DNA from: Vicugna vicugna
Lineage: Eukaryota
Assembly (NCBI GenBank): GCA_013265495.1
Contig: MU058198.1
Span: 4,042,419 to 4,106,418, forward strand
Direction of reading: 5' to 3'
DNA: 64,000 nucleotides
Position numbers and translations under genes: made by a program. Of this stretch, positions 51,275-63,805 are shown piece by piece. Within the stretch, counting starts at the first letter, position 1. The number at the start of each line of letters is the position of its first letter. The notes beneath the pieces were generated by a model, which worked only from the letters and a program-made list of their open reading frames with translations, was not told the DNA's origin and searched no databases.

Positions 51275-52524
51275 AGCCACGATTTCTCCCAGACAGCTCG
51301 GGTCTGAAGGGAGGGTGGACCCTAGGGGAACAAGTGAATTTCTCCAACCTGTCAGTCCCTCTCACCTTTCCAGTTTCTCTCACCTCCCCCCGCCCCCGAC
51401 TCCCACCAGCTCCCCTCTCCCCATCCTTAGATGACGCTGACAGCCGGGACTAGCACCCCCTGGGCCGGCGTAATTAGCATCTGGCTCGGAGCCCGGTCTC
51501 CTGGCAGCACATTCCTCACCTTCCTCGCCAGCCAATCTCCTTTCCCCAGCATCCCTCCATCAGCACTGCAGCAGCTGCGGCAGGGACAACCTCAGCTCCA
51601 AGGTCACCACCAGAGCCAGCAATGACAAAGCACCGCCCCCCTCCCCGGTCGGCATCCCACCAGTCAGTGCCTCACTGTCGTCTGAGCCACTTGGGGCTAG
51701 TAAGACTGTGATTCTGACCAAAGGGGGTGTCCTCAGGAGGATGGGTAAAGGCTAAATACCAGTTCTTTGAGGGGTTAAGAGATTCATTAGGTTTAGGATT
51801 ACTCGATTAAGTTCTCCAGGATAGAAGGACCGGGGGCAACAGGAACATGAGATGGCCCAGAAGGGTGAGGAAGGAATCAGGGAAGTCTGGGTGTCGCTGC
51901 AGCCTGGAGCCTGGGGCACTGAGGATGGCGGTGGTGACGATGAGGATGCTAAGGAAGCTGATCATGACGATGACAGCAGTACCATTTACTGTGCTGGATG
52001 CTGTACTGAGCCCTTTCCAAGCCTTGGTGCATCGAATCCTCACATCGACTATGGAGCAGGATGTAGTAACAAGCAGCAGCTACTGCGACTACACCCATTT
52101 CACAGATGGGGACATAAACCCAGGGAAAAGTTAAGCATCGCAACCTGAGGAAGCAATCACAGAAATCCAGAATGTGGGCCATGCTATAAGACAGTTGGCC
52201 TGGACTCTTCACCAATATAAATGTCACTGATGAAAGGGTAGGATCTTTTCTAGAAAAAAAAGGAGAGTAAAGAGACATAAAAACCAAATGTAATGTGAAT
52301 TTTTATATGGAAAATAAAAACAGCCATAAAAGACATTTGAGGGGCGTTTGGTAAATTTTGAATATGGACTGCACATTTGATGACTATCAAATTGTTGCTA
52401 ATTTTCGCTACGTGTGATAATGGTGGTGTGCTAATGTTGGAGAATGTTCTTATTTTTAGGTGATACAGGCTGAAATATTTAGGGGAGAAATGTTAGGATG
52501 CTGTAATTTACTTGTACATATACA

Positions 52525-53275
52525 TACTCTGTGATGTTTTCCAACACCAGCTTCTCTGGACACCAAAGTGGTGTCCAATCCAGCTCAAGTCTGACACGGG
52601 CTCCCCAGAGTTAGCACAGACCCCTCAGGCTAAGGGCAAAGCCCCACTAGACTGCCTCACTTCAAATGCCAGTCGTGAACCCCCAGTTCTGACTGACCGG
52701 CTGGAAATTCAGGGGATTCCCTCAACCCCGTGCCCCTCCACCCAGGTTCAACATTGCGCTAGAATGATGCGTAGAACTCAGGAAAGCACTTTACTTACAT
52801 TTACACATTTATTATAAAGGCTACAACTCAGAAAGGGCCAAATGGAAGGGTTGCATAGGGTAGAACATAGACAAGGGGTGGGGGTTTCCACAGCCCCTCC
52901 AGATGCACCACCCTCCCGGCATCTCCATGTGTTCACCAACTCAGAAGCTGTCTGAACGCCATCATTCAGAGGTTTCTACGGAGGCTTCGTTACAGAGGCA
53001 GGATTGATTAAATCAGCGGCCATTGGTAATTAGCTCTAATGTCCAGCCCCTCTTTTTTCCCAGGAGAGGGGTGAGGCTGAAAGTTCCAACCCTCACACCA
53101 AGCCTTGGTCTCTCTGAGGACCAGCCCCCATCCTGAAGCTCTCTGGTGGTCCCCAGCCACCAAGCATCTCATTAGCATACACAAGACTCTCTTCTCCCTC
53201 CAGAGTTTCAAGAGTTTCAGGAGCTATTTGCCAGGAACCTGGGACAAAGACAGCTTATTATTATTATTACTATAT
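52525..53275. mobile_element. MER21-type LTR nested in an old L1 3' end, itself nested in a MIR
   Basis: 'agaactcaggaaagcactttacttac', 'gccattggtaattagctc', 'catctcattagcatacacaagac', 'ccaggaacctgggacaaagac'. Confidence 0.82.
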
Positions 53276-53562
53276 CACATTTATACTACAGCAAATACAG
53301 CAAAATGTGAACAAACGTTGACTCTAGGTAGTTCATCATTGGGTTATCAATAGTACATCAAATGAGTCATGACAGTACTTAGTCTTTCTTTTCTTATCAT
53401 GAAAATTTTCATGATAAGGTTATGAGAGCGTGTAGAAAAGGAAGCTTAAGTAACTTGCCCAAGACCCAAGGTCACAGAGCTATTAGGTGTCAGAAGTGAA
53501 CTCAGATCTGAGACACCTGGCTTCAAAGCTTGTGTCCTGGAGCTCGACTTTGCTGCCATCCC

Positions 53563-54056
53563 AGAGAGAGAGAGAAAGACAGAGAGAGGAGAGGGCCTCA
53601 CTCACCTGGGAATGCCAGAGGGTTCCCTTTGCAAGGGCTGTGTCTCAGGTAAAGGTAAAGAAGCAGGTTCCAGCAGCATGTGAGAATCCCACTGGCCCAA
53701 GCAGTGAAACAACCCTTCAGCAACTCACTCAGGATGTATTTTTGCAAGACAACTATGTGACCTTCACCGGCTGCAAAAATGCAGTTGTGAATGGAAACAC
53801 ACTTCTAACCGGCACTCGGAGAGAGAGAGAGAAAGACAGAGAGAGGAGAGGGCCTCACTCACCTGGGAATGCCAGAGGGTTCCCTTTGCAAGGGCTGTGT
53901 CTCAGGTAAAGGTAAAGAAGCAGGTTCCAGCAGCGTGTGAGAATCCCACTGGCCCAAGCAGTGAAACAACCCTTCAGCAACTCACTCAGGATGTATTTTT
54001 GCAAGACAACTATGTGACCTTCACCGGCTGCAAAAATGCAGTTGTGAATGGAAACA
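53563..54056 (+). repeat. Tandem duplication: 237-bp copies at 53563-53799 and 53820-54056 separated by a 20-bp insert
   Basis: Direct comparison shows one substitution (cagcagcAtgtg vs cagcagcGtgtg); period 257 bp; insert cacttctaaccggcactcgg. Confidence 0.96.
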
Positions 54057-54257
54057 GACCAGAGTCCCCTCCTTTGAGGTACTTACATTGCATCTACTTT
54101 AGATGACGTTCTTAGCAGCAGAGCCTGGTGTCAGATACCACCAAAACATAAAACAGCCTAGGAAAGGGAGTCCGGGATATAATCCGTCACTTTTGTAGCC
54201 TTTTTGAAATGTCTGTAATAACAACATCAACATTAGCAACAATCTCGAGAGTATTTC

Positions 54258-55099
54258 TTGTTTTTATTGAAGTGTAGTCAGTTTACAATGTTGTGTCGCT
54301 TTCTGGTGCACAGTCATGTTTCAGTCATACATGTACATGCATATATTCCTTTTCATAGTCTTTTTCATTATAGGTCACTGCAAGGTATTGAATATAGCTC
54401 CCTGTGCTCTACGGTATGACCTTGTTGTTTATCTATTTTATATACAGTAGTTAGTATCTGCAAATCTCAAACTCTCAATTTACCCCTTCCTATCCCCTTT
54501 CCTCCTGGTAACCCTAAGTTTGTTTACTATGTCTGTGAGTCTGTTACTGTTTTGTAGCTGAGTTCATAATGTCCTTTTTCTTTTTTGATTCCACATATGA
54601 GTGATATCATATGGTATTTTTCTTTCTCTTTCTGGCTTACTTCACTTAGAATGACAATCTCCAGGTCCATCCATGTTGCTGCAAATGTCATTATTTTATT
54701 CTCTTTCATGGCTGAGTAGTATTCCATTGTATAAATATACCACAACTTCTTTATCCGGTCATCTGTTGTAGGACATTTAGGTTGATTCCGTGTCTTGGCT
54801 ATTGTAAATAGTGCTGCTATGAACACTGTGGTGCATGTATCTTTTCGAATTAGAGTTCCCTCCAGATATATGCCCAGGAGTGGGATTGCTGAATCATATG
54901 GTAAGTCTATTTTAGTTTTTTGAGGAACTTCCATACTGTCCTCCACAGTGACTGTACCAATTTATATTCCCACTAACAGTGTAGGAGGGCTCCCCTTTTC
55001 TCCACACCCTCTCCAGCATTTATCATCTGTGGTGTTTTTAATGATGGCCATTTCTACTGGTGCGAGGTGATACCTCATTACAGTTTTGATTTGCATTTT
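54258..55099 (-). mobile_element. L1 3'UTR plus ORF2 C-terminus
   Basis: ORFs 54527-54946 and 54962-55147 are L1 ORF2p ([26 protein letters not shown]). Confidence 0.93.
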
Positions 55100-55344
55100 C
55101 AAGAAGAGTTTTTTAAAAGCACTATGTCCAAAATTTACCTTCAGCATTAACCTTAAGGATGAGCCTTAAAGACTACTGCTGGATTTGTCACTTTCTCATG
55201 TTAAGAAAATGACGTTATAATAGACTTGCACTTAATAAGCATCTTCATTGTTTGATCTGTGCTTTGCTCAAAATTCAGGACTATGTTGCTGGCTTTGCTG
55301 GGTGTTTTTATCTTCCATTGATCCTTAAAAAGCCAGGAGGTAGG

Positions 55345-55455
55345 CAGTGGTTTTCACCCGGGTTGTGCAATAGAATCACCTGGCAAGTTTTGGCAACTAC
55401 TGATAGTCAAGCACTAAGCTTCAAGGATTCTGAATGAAGTGAGGTAGGGTCTAGT
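55345..55455. mobile_element. MER5A-type fragment
   Basis: 'cagtggttttcacccgggttgtgcaatagaatcacctgg'. Confidence 0.65.
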
Positions 55456-57099
55456 CTTGCCTTAAATACGCCATAGAAACAGAGTTGGTAACTTTTCCCT
55501 GTTGTCTTTCTGCCCTCCTGCTCCAAATATTGGTTGAAGCATCTACTCAGTCTTGAAGGCATTCCAGCAACACATGTAGATCAACAAATTAATCTATTAA
55601 ACAATAATAGATTATTGAGGAATTAAAAAAAAACTTGGGACTTATAAAAATATTTAATATTTGATGCATGAGATGAATTACAAAGATGAAAGTGCTCAGA
55701 AGAAAATGTTTCTCCTGATACAAAGATTTACTGCAAAGAAGGCAGCATGTTTGAGAAATGGTCTATACTCAAAGAGATAAAAGGACAGATCATAGGCCAA
55801 GAGTGGGGAAAAAAAGGAGATGCAGAGGAAAAGTTAACCAAGCATCAACTTAACAAAAAATCTTATTGGAAACAGGGAAAGCAGAAATGACACAGGAGAA
55901 GGTTGTATCGATGCAACAAAAGAACCTGAGAAATGCAGAGGGAATAGATCAAGATGCGAAAAAAAATAACAGAAGAAAGTGATGATGGAGCTTCTAAATT
56001 CAGTGCGGTGGGAAAGAACTGGCCGGGAGTTCTTAAAGTTAAAAGTAATGATATAACACAGCAATAGTTCGATCTCCAGCATCGTTCTCAAGGGGAAGAG
56101 GAGAAGATGGGATGGGCTATGCAAATCCCCCTTGAAAGTGCACTGTTAGAGATGATGAAAGTCTGGTTGAGGCAACATCTCATCAGACCTAGAAGCATCT
56201 TGAGTCTCTCCTGAGGAGTAAGGTCTACAGATTACAAATCACTTTTATTGACAGTAACGTTTTGCAAAACATACCTGTTTTCAGATCCTAAAGGCAAGTC
56301 AATGTCTGAACATGGATTAATAAAATGAAATGGGGGGGATGCTACAAAGTAAAAACAAAACAGCAGTTTGGATATGGTTATTTGGAAAGCAAGTAAACAG
56401 GAAAATGCCAATGGCAAATTAGTTCTAGAACTTCCCAATGCTGGGCACCTCTTTCTAAATGCTCCCTCCCAACAGAAGTCCCATTCGGATCTAATGCTGA
56501 TGTTTATAAATGGTCTGCTTTTTATTTTCAACTTGTAAGTGATTCAAAAGTAAAATACTATTAAATGATTCGGTGGGCCCACAAACAGTCAGGTGCCAAT
56601 TCTCCTGGTGGGATGAGTGACTTGGGACTAGTTAGAAAGGGACTTTGCCAGTAACAGAGCCTGGATTTCAGGGAGAAGTGGGGGCATCTTTTTCTCTCCA
56701 TTGCAACGGACTAACACATAAAAGCAGATGAACTGTTCGGGGTATTGTGACAGAATGACACCCTGTAAAGGAACCCTTTTAAGCATTATTTATTCTCTTA
56801 AAACACAACCCCACCCCACGCAGCATGCACACACACACACACACATGCAGGCTGCGCTAAATCTGAACAGTTATGTGAAGTAAACTTTTTTCAAAAGCAT
56901 CACAAGGAAGATTATGAAAAGACTGCCAGAGGAACCATCTCAGTCAACCTGCTCGAATTCTCCAACCCACACCACCAATTTCATACAGTTCTCAGATCCC
57001 AAGGGGAAGGAAAAAAAAATTACAGAAACAAGGCCTCTGACGGACAGAAAGGACAACTTGAAACTGCAAGGGAAGTGCACAAAGATATTTTGCTTGAGA

Positions 57100-57620
57100 A
57101 AAACTGGTATACCACTCAATAACGAAAACACCAACAACTGACCCAAAAAATGGATGGAAGACCTGAACAGACATTTCTCCATCTCCATCCAGATGGCCAA
57201 GAGGCACACGAAAAAATGCTCAATATCACTAATTATATTTGCAGAAATGCAAATCAAAACTATAATGAGGTGTCACCTCACACCGGTCCGAATGGCCATC
57301 ATTAAAAAGTCCACAGATGAGAAATGCTGGAGAGGGTGTGGAGAAAAGAGAACCCTCCTACGCTGCTGGTGGGGATGTACATTGATGCAGCCACTATGGA
57401 GGACAGTATGGAGTTTCCTCAAAAAACTAAAAATAGACTTACCGTATGATCCAGCAATCCCACTCCTGGGCATATATCCAGAGGGAACTCTAGTTTGAAA
57501 GAAACATGCACCCCAATGTTCATAGCAGCACTATTTGCAATAGCCAAGACATGGGAACAACCCAAATATCCATCAACAGATGACTGGATAAAGAAGTTGA
57601 GGTGTATATATATACACACA

Positions 57621-57662
<42 letters not shown>

Positions 57663-58425
57663 TACATATATATACATACACACACTATATATATATAGCT
57701 AGATATATATATATATAAAATGGAATATCATTCAGCCATAAAAAGAATGAAATAATGCCATTTGCAGCAACATGGATGGACATAGAGATTATCATACTAA
57801 GTGAAGTAAGTCAGACAGAGAAAGAAAAATACCACCAAGGGGGCGGGGGGTGGGAAGAGATAGACTGGGGTTTCAAAATTGTAGAATAGATAAACAAGAT
57901 TATACTGTATAGCACAGGGAAATATATACCAGATCTTATGGTAGCTCACAGAGAAAAAAATGTGACAAGGAATATATATATGTTCATGTATAACTGAAAA
58001 ACTGTGCTCTACACTGGAATTTGACACAACATTGTAAAATGATTATAAATCAATAAAAAAAGTTAAAAAAATACCATATGATATCACTTATATGTGAAAT
58101 TTAAAAAAAAAGTCACAAATAAACTTAGGTACAAAACAGAAACAGACTGGCAGACATAGAAAACAAACTTATGGTTACCAGTGGGGGAAGAGGGTAGGAA
58201 GGGAAATTGGGAGTTTGAGATTTGCAGATACTAACTACTATATATAAAATAGATAAACAACAAGGTCATACTGTACAGCATGGGGAACTCTATTCAATAT
58301 CCTGTGATAACCTATATTGAAAAAATATAAAAAGGAGAATGTATATATGTATAACTGAATCGCAATGGTGTACACCAGAAACTAACACAGCATTGTAAAT
58401 CAGCTATACTTCAACTGAAAAAAAG
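57100..58425 (+). mobile_element. L1 ORF2 C-terminus and 3'UTR, with internal (CA)/(TA) microsatellite and a nested L1 3' end
   Basis: ORF 57154-57498 has the CCHC region [18 protein letters not shown]; nested element 57835-58066 bounded by aaaaatacca. Confidence 0.93.
57604..57716 (+). repeat. Compound (TA)/(CA)n microsatellite
   Basis: Directly visible. Confidence 0.95.
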
Positions 58426-58879
58426 AAACGTTGGAATTCTTCCCGCTGAGATGGCAAATGCCTGGAATCCTAAGATTCCATCTTGCTAAAGATATGGACA
58501 CATTTCAGCTTTGGAAAAGGAGTAAGTTTCAAAATGAGACACTGAGCACCCACGAGGCACGCAGGAATTCCCAGCACCTCAGCCTCAGCACGCGGGGACG
58601 TATCTGCTCCTCTGTCTGCTGGAGACTATGCAACTTCACTGTCACAGTCCAGAGGGATGTGCGCCCTCCCACCGCTCGGCTTTTCTTCCTACTCTTCCCC
58701 CACTTTTCAAAAGCAGTCCTCTTCTTCTGGCCTGATGGAACTATTCACAGCCCAAGTATTAGGACTGAACAGGAAAGGAAGAGCTGGCAGCCTCCCAGAT
58801 GCTAAAATAACATCAAGGATGGACCTTTAATTCAGATGATGCCTCAGAATGCATATATGTTCCAGTAGAATAAGAAGAG

Positions 58880-59730
58880 TCAAGAATGGTTTACATTATC
58901 TCTACCTCCTCACCTCTCAGTCACCCCTTAACCTTCCCCCCTTCCCACTCCCCACTTCTGAAACTTTTCTCACCATGGTCACCAATGACCTCCTTTTTGC
59001 ACCAAGGGAGACATCTTGATTTCTTGACTGTGTGTCACATAGCTTCCCAGTCCTTTTTCTTCCAGTCCTCTCCTGAAAATCCATGACACCCCCTCCTGCC
59101 TCTCTGACTTGCTCCTTTATCTTCTCTCTCCTTTTGCCTTCTCTTTCCTTTACCCCATCCCGTAGATGTTCCTATTCCTCAGGGCTCCACTAGCCTTCTC
59201 CCCTCTAAATATCACCACCATGCCACTGACGTCTTATTTTCTGTCTCGAGTCCAGGCATCACTGCTGAGCTCCCAGACTGGTGCCCAGTTGCCTCCTGAC
59301 TATCACCTCGCTGTCCCAGAGATTCCTTCAACTCAACATAACCAACACGGAGCATATTATCCTTCCCTAAGTCTGTTCCCCCTTGAGTTTTCGTCTCCTT
59401 AGGCAAGGTACCAGAGTCCACCAGTTGCCCAGCCTTGAAAGATGGAAATCATCTTGAACTCCTCCCTCTTCCTCACTCACCATATCCAGTCACTACCAGA
59501 TGGTGGTGAGTCTACCTGTTAAATCACTTATGAATTCATGACCACTGTCTTGCTTCTCATGCTTGTGATCTCTCTAGTTGCCTTGTCTTGCCTCTGCTGT
59601 CCTGTAAACTCCATGAGGGCTTGAGCTTGGTCTGTCTTGTTCACCGTTTTATTCTCTGAAGCTAGACTATGCCTGGGCACAGTATACATTTGTTGGGCTC
59701 AGTACATCTTTGTTGTATGGATGAATAGCT
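58880..59730 (+). mobile_element. L2 fragment
   Basis: 'ccatggtcaccaatgacctcc', 'tgtaaactccatgagggc..tgtcttgttcaccg..gcctgggcacag'. Confidence 0.75.
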
Positions 59731-59819
59731 CCTTGATCAGCTCCTTCCTTGAATCACCTGTTCTTCTTCTATCATCTTTCATCATATGCATCATTCATGT
59801 GGTTGCTTATCTTTCCCAG

Positions 59820-60306
59820 GGCAGGTAATGGCTAAGATGGCCCCCAATGATTCTTGCCTTCTGACATTCATGCCCTTGTATAATCTCCTCTTTCATGAGG
59901 GCTGGACTGAGTGAATCATTTCCAATGAACAGAATGTGATGAAAGTAATGGGATATCACTTCTAAGAGTCAGTGACAAAAAGACTCTGGCTTCCATTTTT
60001 TGTGCCTTCTCTTGCTTGCTGTCTCTGAGGGAAGACAGCTACTATGTGGTGAGCTAGCCTATGGAATGGAGGAAGAACTGCTAGCCAACAGCCAGCAAGG
60101 AGACCTGCCACCAATCACGTGAGTGAGATCAGAAGTGGGTTTTCTCTCACTTGAGCCATCAGATGAGACCACAGTCCTAGTCAACACATTGATTGCAGGC
60201 TTGTGGAAGACCCTGATTCACAGAAACTGCGAGACAACACATATTTGTTGCTTTCAGCTGCTAAATTCTGGGGTATTTTATGGTGCAAAAATAAATAATT
60301 AATACA
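59820..60306. mobile_element. MaLR LTR (MLT1E/F-like)
   Basis: 'taagatggcccccaatgattc..attcatgcccttgtataatc' ... 'tgctaaattctggggta..aataattaataca'. Confidence 0.82.
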
Positions 60307-60347
60307 TGACCCAAGGCTCAGTTTCCAACTGCAAACTCTAAAACTTC

Positions 60348-60515
60348 TTTTTTTCAAAAAAATGAAGTATAGTTGATTTACAATGTTATGTTAGTTTCAC
60401 GTGTACAGCAAAGTGATTGAGTTATACATTCTTTTTTCTTTTTCAGCTCTTCTCCATCATAGGTTATTACAAGATATTGAATATGGTTCCCTGTGCTCTA
60501 CAGTAGGTCCTTGTT
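60348..60515 (-). mobile_element. L1 3'UTR fragment
   Basis: 'tgaagtatagttgatttacaatgttatgttagtttca'. Confidence 0.85.
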
Positions 60516-61689
60516 ATAAATCTTCTAACGGCCTCAATTAACTTGGTATTCCTGTACTATGAATACTGTGGAGCGGTTAAGAGAAATTAAGTCAATCTAT
60601 TAGTCTTAATGTAAGGCTTTCACAAATTGGATTTTAGAAAGCAAAACGAACAATACTTATTGTATGACATCATTCAGGTAAAAGAAGAGAAACCACCTCA
60701 GCACGTAATATATTTTCTGTAGCTGCAAGTAATTGTATGGAAATGCATGGAAATAAGTCTGTTGGTAAATATATCAACACATAGCAGCGGTTACCTTGGG
60801 GTAGTTAAGAAGAAATTAAAACTTAGCCTCTATTTTTTGAAATTTTAACATAAAGACTGTATTATGTATAACTTTTGTAATTAAAAAAGTAAATAATATT
60901 ATTAAAGGAAGGAAGCAGGCTTAGAGGTTTTATAGTTCAAAATGGAGATAAATTTTTTAATTAATAAAGCCTATCCCCATAAAACTCAAATAATATAGAC
61001 TATATAAAATAGAAAATGAAAATCCATGATTGCCTCATTGCCCCAGTTAATCATTATTAACAGTTTGTTTTATATTCTTCTATATTTTCTTTTAAATCTA
61101 ACAGATAAAAACATGGAATCGTACTTTACTTATAATTCTGGAGTAAGATTTTTTTTTCCTATTAATGATATACTGTGGACATCTTTCTATACTGATATTT
61201 GGGGCTACTAATTTTCTTCCGTTTCCTTGCATGTCATTCATTATATACATGTGCTGTAGTTAATGTAACTGCTAAAATGTAAGTTCCACGAGAACAAGAC
61301 GTCTTCAGACTTGTTTACTGCTGTGTCCTTAGGAGCCAGAACGGGGCTTAAAGCTTAGTAAGTACTCAAAACATATCCGCTGAGTGAGTTATCTAGTCAA
61401 CTACGGATGGACAAACAATTGGTCTGATTCTGTAATAGAACATCTTTTCACACTAGTATGGTTATTTCCTTGGGATAAATTCCTAAAGATGAAATTGCTA
61501 GGTCAAAAGGATATCTTCAGATTTTGAAACACATTGCCAAATTCCCCTGCATTTAGCCTCTCCTGTATTACATTCCTACCCATCAGTAGATAAACTTACC
61601 TATGTCCCCCGCATCCTCACCAGTATGGGATAATATTCATCTCTGACGTGAAGTTGCAATGGGGTTCTCAACTATAAATATTATATTGG

Positions 61690-62114
61690 GCAAATGAATT
61701 TGTTTACAAAACAGAAACAGACTCACAGACATAGAAAACAAACTTTTGGTTACAGGGGAGAAAGGGGTAATGAGGGGAGGGATAAAAAGAGTTTGGGATT
61801 TGCAGACACTGACTACTATAAATAATGTAGATAAACAACAAGGTCCTACTGCACAGCACAGGGAACTATATATTTTTTTTTATCTTTTTGTTGGGGGGAG
61901 GTAATTAGGTTTACTTATTTACTTTTGATGGAAGTGCTGGGGATTGAACCCAGGACCTTGTGCGTGCTAAGCATGCACTCTACCACTGAGCTATACCCTC
62001 CTCCCTGGGAACTATATTCAATATCTTGTAGTAACCTATGATGGAAAAGAATGTGAAAAGGAATATATATGTGTTTATATATATATAGTGCTTTCTTTTC
62101 TTTTACATGAATGA

Positions 62115-62157
<43 letters not shown>

Positions 62158-62220
62158 CAAGTCACTGTGCTGTACACCAGACACTAACCCAACATTGTAA
62201 ATTGACTGCACAATAAAAAA
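61690..62220 (+). mobile_element. L1 3'UTR fragment hosting a SINE and (TA)n
   Basis: 'aaaacagaaacagactcacagacatagaaaacaaac' ... 'aacattgtaaattgactgcacaataaaaaa'. Confidence 0.9.
61873..62005 (-). mobile_element. tRNA-Ala-like SINE (Vic-1-like)
   Basis: SINE head in reverse; TSD gggaactatat at 61861-61871 and 62007-62017. Confidence 0.94.
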
Positions 62221-62324
62221 ATTTTTTAATAAGTATTGTTTTGGGAAATTGGAGAGCAGATCCTTTTTGAGACAGGGCAGAATGTCTGAGCCTACCATGC
62301 TTGAGAAATTAATTTGGATGAAAT

Positions 62325-62750
62325 GTGCAGCAGTCAGGGTCCCAGCAGGAAAGAGCAGGCACACTCAAAATAGGTAATTTAAGGAGCATGTAATAGAGAC
62401 TCTTTCCAAAGGAGGGCAGGGTGTTGGAAAGCCGTAAGTAGCCTCAGGGACTAATGCCAGTGGGCTCTGTTGTCACCCCTAGACCTGAAGGAGGGACCAA
62501 GGGGAAGGGTGACTACTGTAACCTGGAGACTGAGAAGCCCAGGTGGAGAGGGCCACCAGGCAGGAGCTGTGACCCTCAGGTACCACCACCCCCCAGGAGG
62601 AAGCTGGAGATTAGATACCCCCAACTTTCTCCCCCAACCCCTGCCCTATCACTTTCTATGGCTTCCTACTGGTCAAAACCAATAGGAAGCCAGAGGGTAA
62701 GGGATCTCTTTGAATGGTCCATGTGTTTGACCTCCCAAAGGCACAGGGTA
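62325..62750. mobile_element. Old ERVL-like LTR fragment
   Basis: 'agtcagggtcccagcaggaaagagcaggcacactcaaaataggtaattt', 'cctactggtcaaaaccaataggaagccagaggg'. Confidence 0.55.
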
Positions 62751-63486
62751 TATGGTATACAGTAAGTGCTTAATAAGTGTGTCACTGAATTTAACCCTCA
62801 TGGGAATCCTTTAAGGTGGGCACTTATATTCCAGTGGGGAAACTGAGGCTCAGAGAGACTAATTAACTTACCCAAGGTCACACATCTAGTTTTAGAGGGC
62901 GCCCAGGCTGTGTGCTCTGAAGTGCTATGCAGCTTGGATCCGAGGGCAAGCAGACAGTGGTGACAATCAACATTTTGTCAGATAATAAAGTTCCCCAACA
63001 CAGGGTAGGATCCAAGGAACTGTGGTGGCCACAAATGACCCTCCTACAGCTTCTGAGACACGTGAGGCGGTCATAGCTCAGGTGAGATGCAGTGAAGAGT
63101 CCCGGCTCTAGCGGCAGGTCCAGCGCGGCCGGCATCCCCGGCGACACCAGCCTCAGCACTCAGGCGCACCCAGGAGAGGTGGCCGGGCTCAAACTGTCCA
63201 GGTTCAAGTCCTGGCCGTCACCTACCAGTTGTGTAAGTCTGGGCAAGTCCCAAGGATCTCTGTCCTGTTTCTTTGTGTGTAAAGTGAGGGTCATCCATCC
63301 AAGAACCTACCGTGGTGAGCACGTCCCGAGGGAACAAACACGGATGCCCCCACCTTGACACCAGCTTCAGCGCGAACTCGTGGGGAACTTGAGTGTTGCT
63401 TCCTGGCTTGGCTGCCCTTCAAGGATCCCAGTGCATGACCTTTCTGTCGTTACACTCTGCTCCCCAAAGCCCGAGGCGTCCTGTCC

Positions 63487-63805
63487 AGGGCAACTTCTTT
63501 CTATTCGGGTCAAACATTCAGTATTTTCTGCTCCGGGGGGCGGTCCTTCTTTGTCATCACTACTGAAGCCGCTGGCGCAGAGCCCTGCGGTCAACCTGGG
63601 TGTGGCTGCGTTCCAATAAAACTTTATTTGCAGACACTGAAATTTGAATTTCGTATAATGTTCACATGTCACAAAATAATCTCTTTTCAAATTCTTTTTC
63701 AATGACTTAAAAATGCAAAAGGCATTCTTAGTTGGCAGGCTGGTACAAAAACAAGCAGCTGGCCAGACCTGGCCCTCAGGCGGGAAGTGGCTAAGCTAAC
63801 CCCTG
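63487..63805 (+). mobile_element. MER58B-type hAT-Charlie element
   Basis: 'gtggctgcgttccaataaaactttatttgcagacactgaaatttgaatttc..cattcttag..aacccctg' matches recalled MER58B. Confidence 0.85.

Noticed and set aside
53563..54056. Repeat-spacer-repeat read as CRISPR-like
   Set aside because: Only two 237-bp units, eukaryotic context, no cas genes.
57154..57698. ORFs as host genes (also 5369-5602, 15144-15356, 54527-54946)
   Set aside because: They are L1 ORF2p C-terminal fragments with stops and frameshifts.
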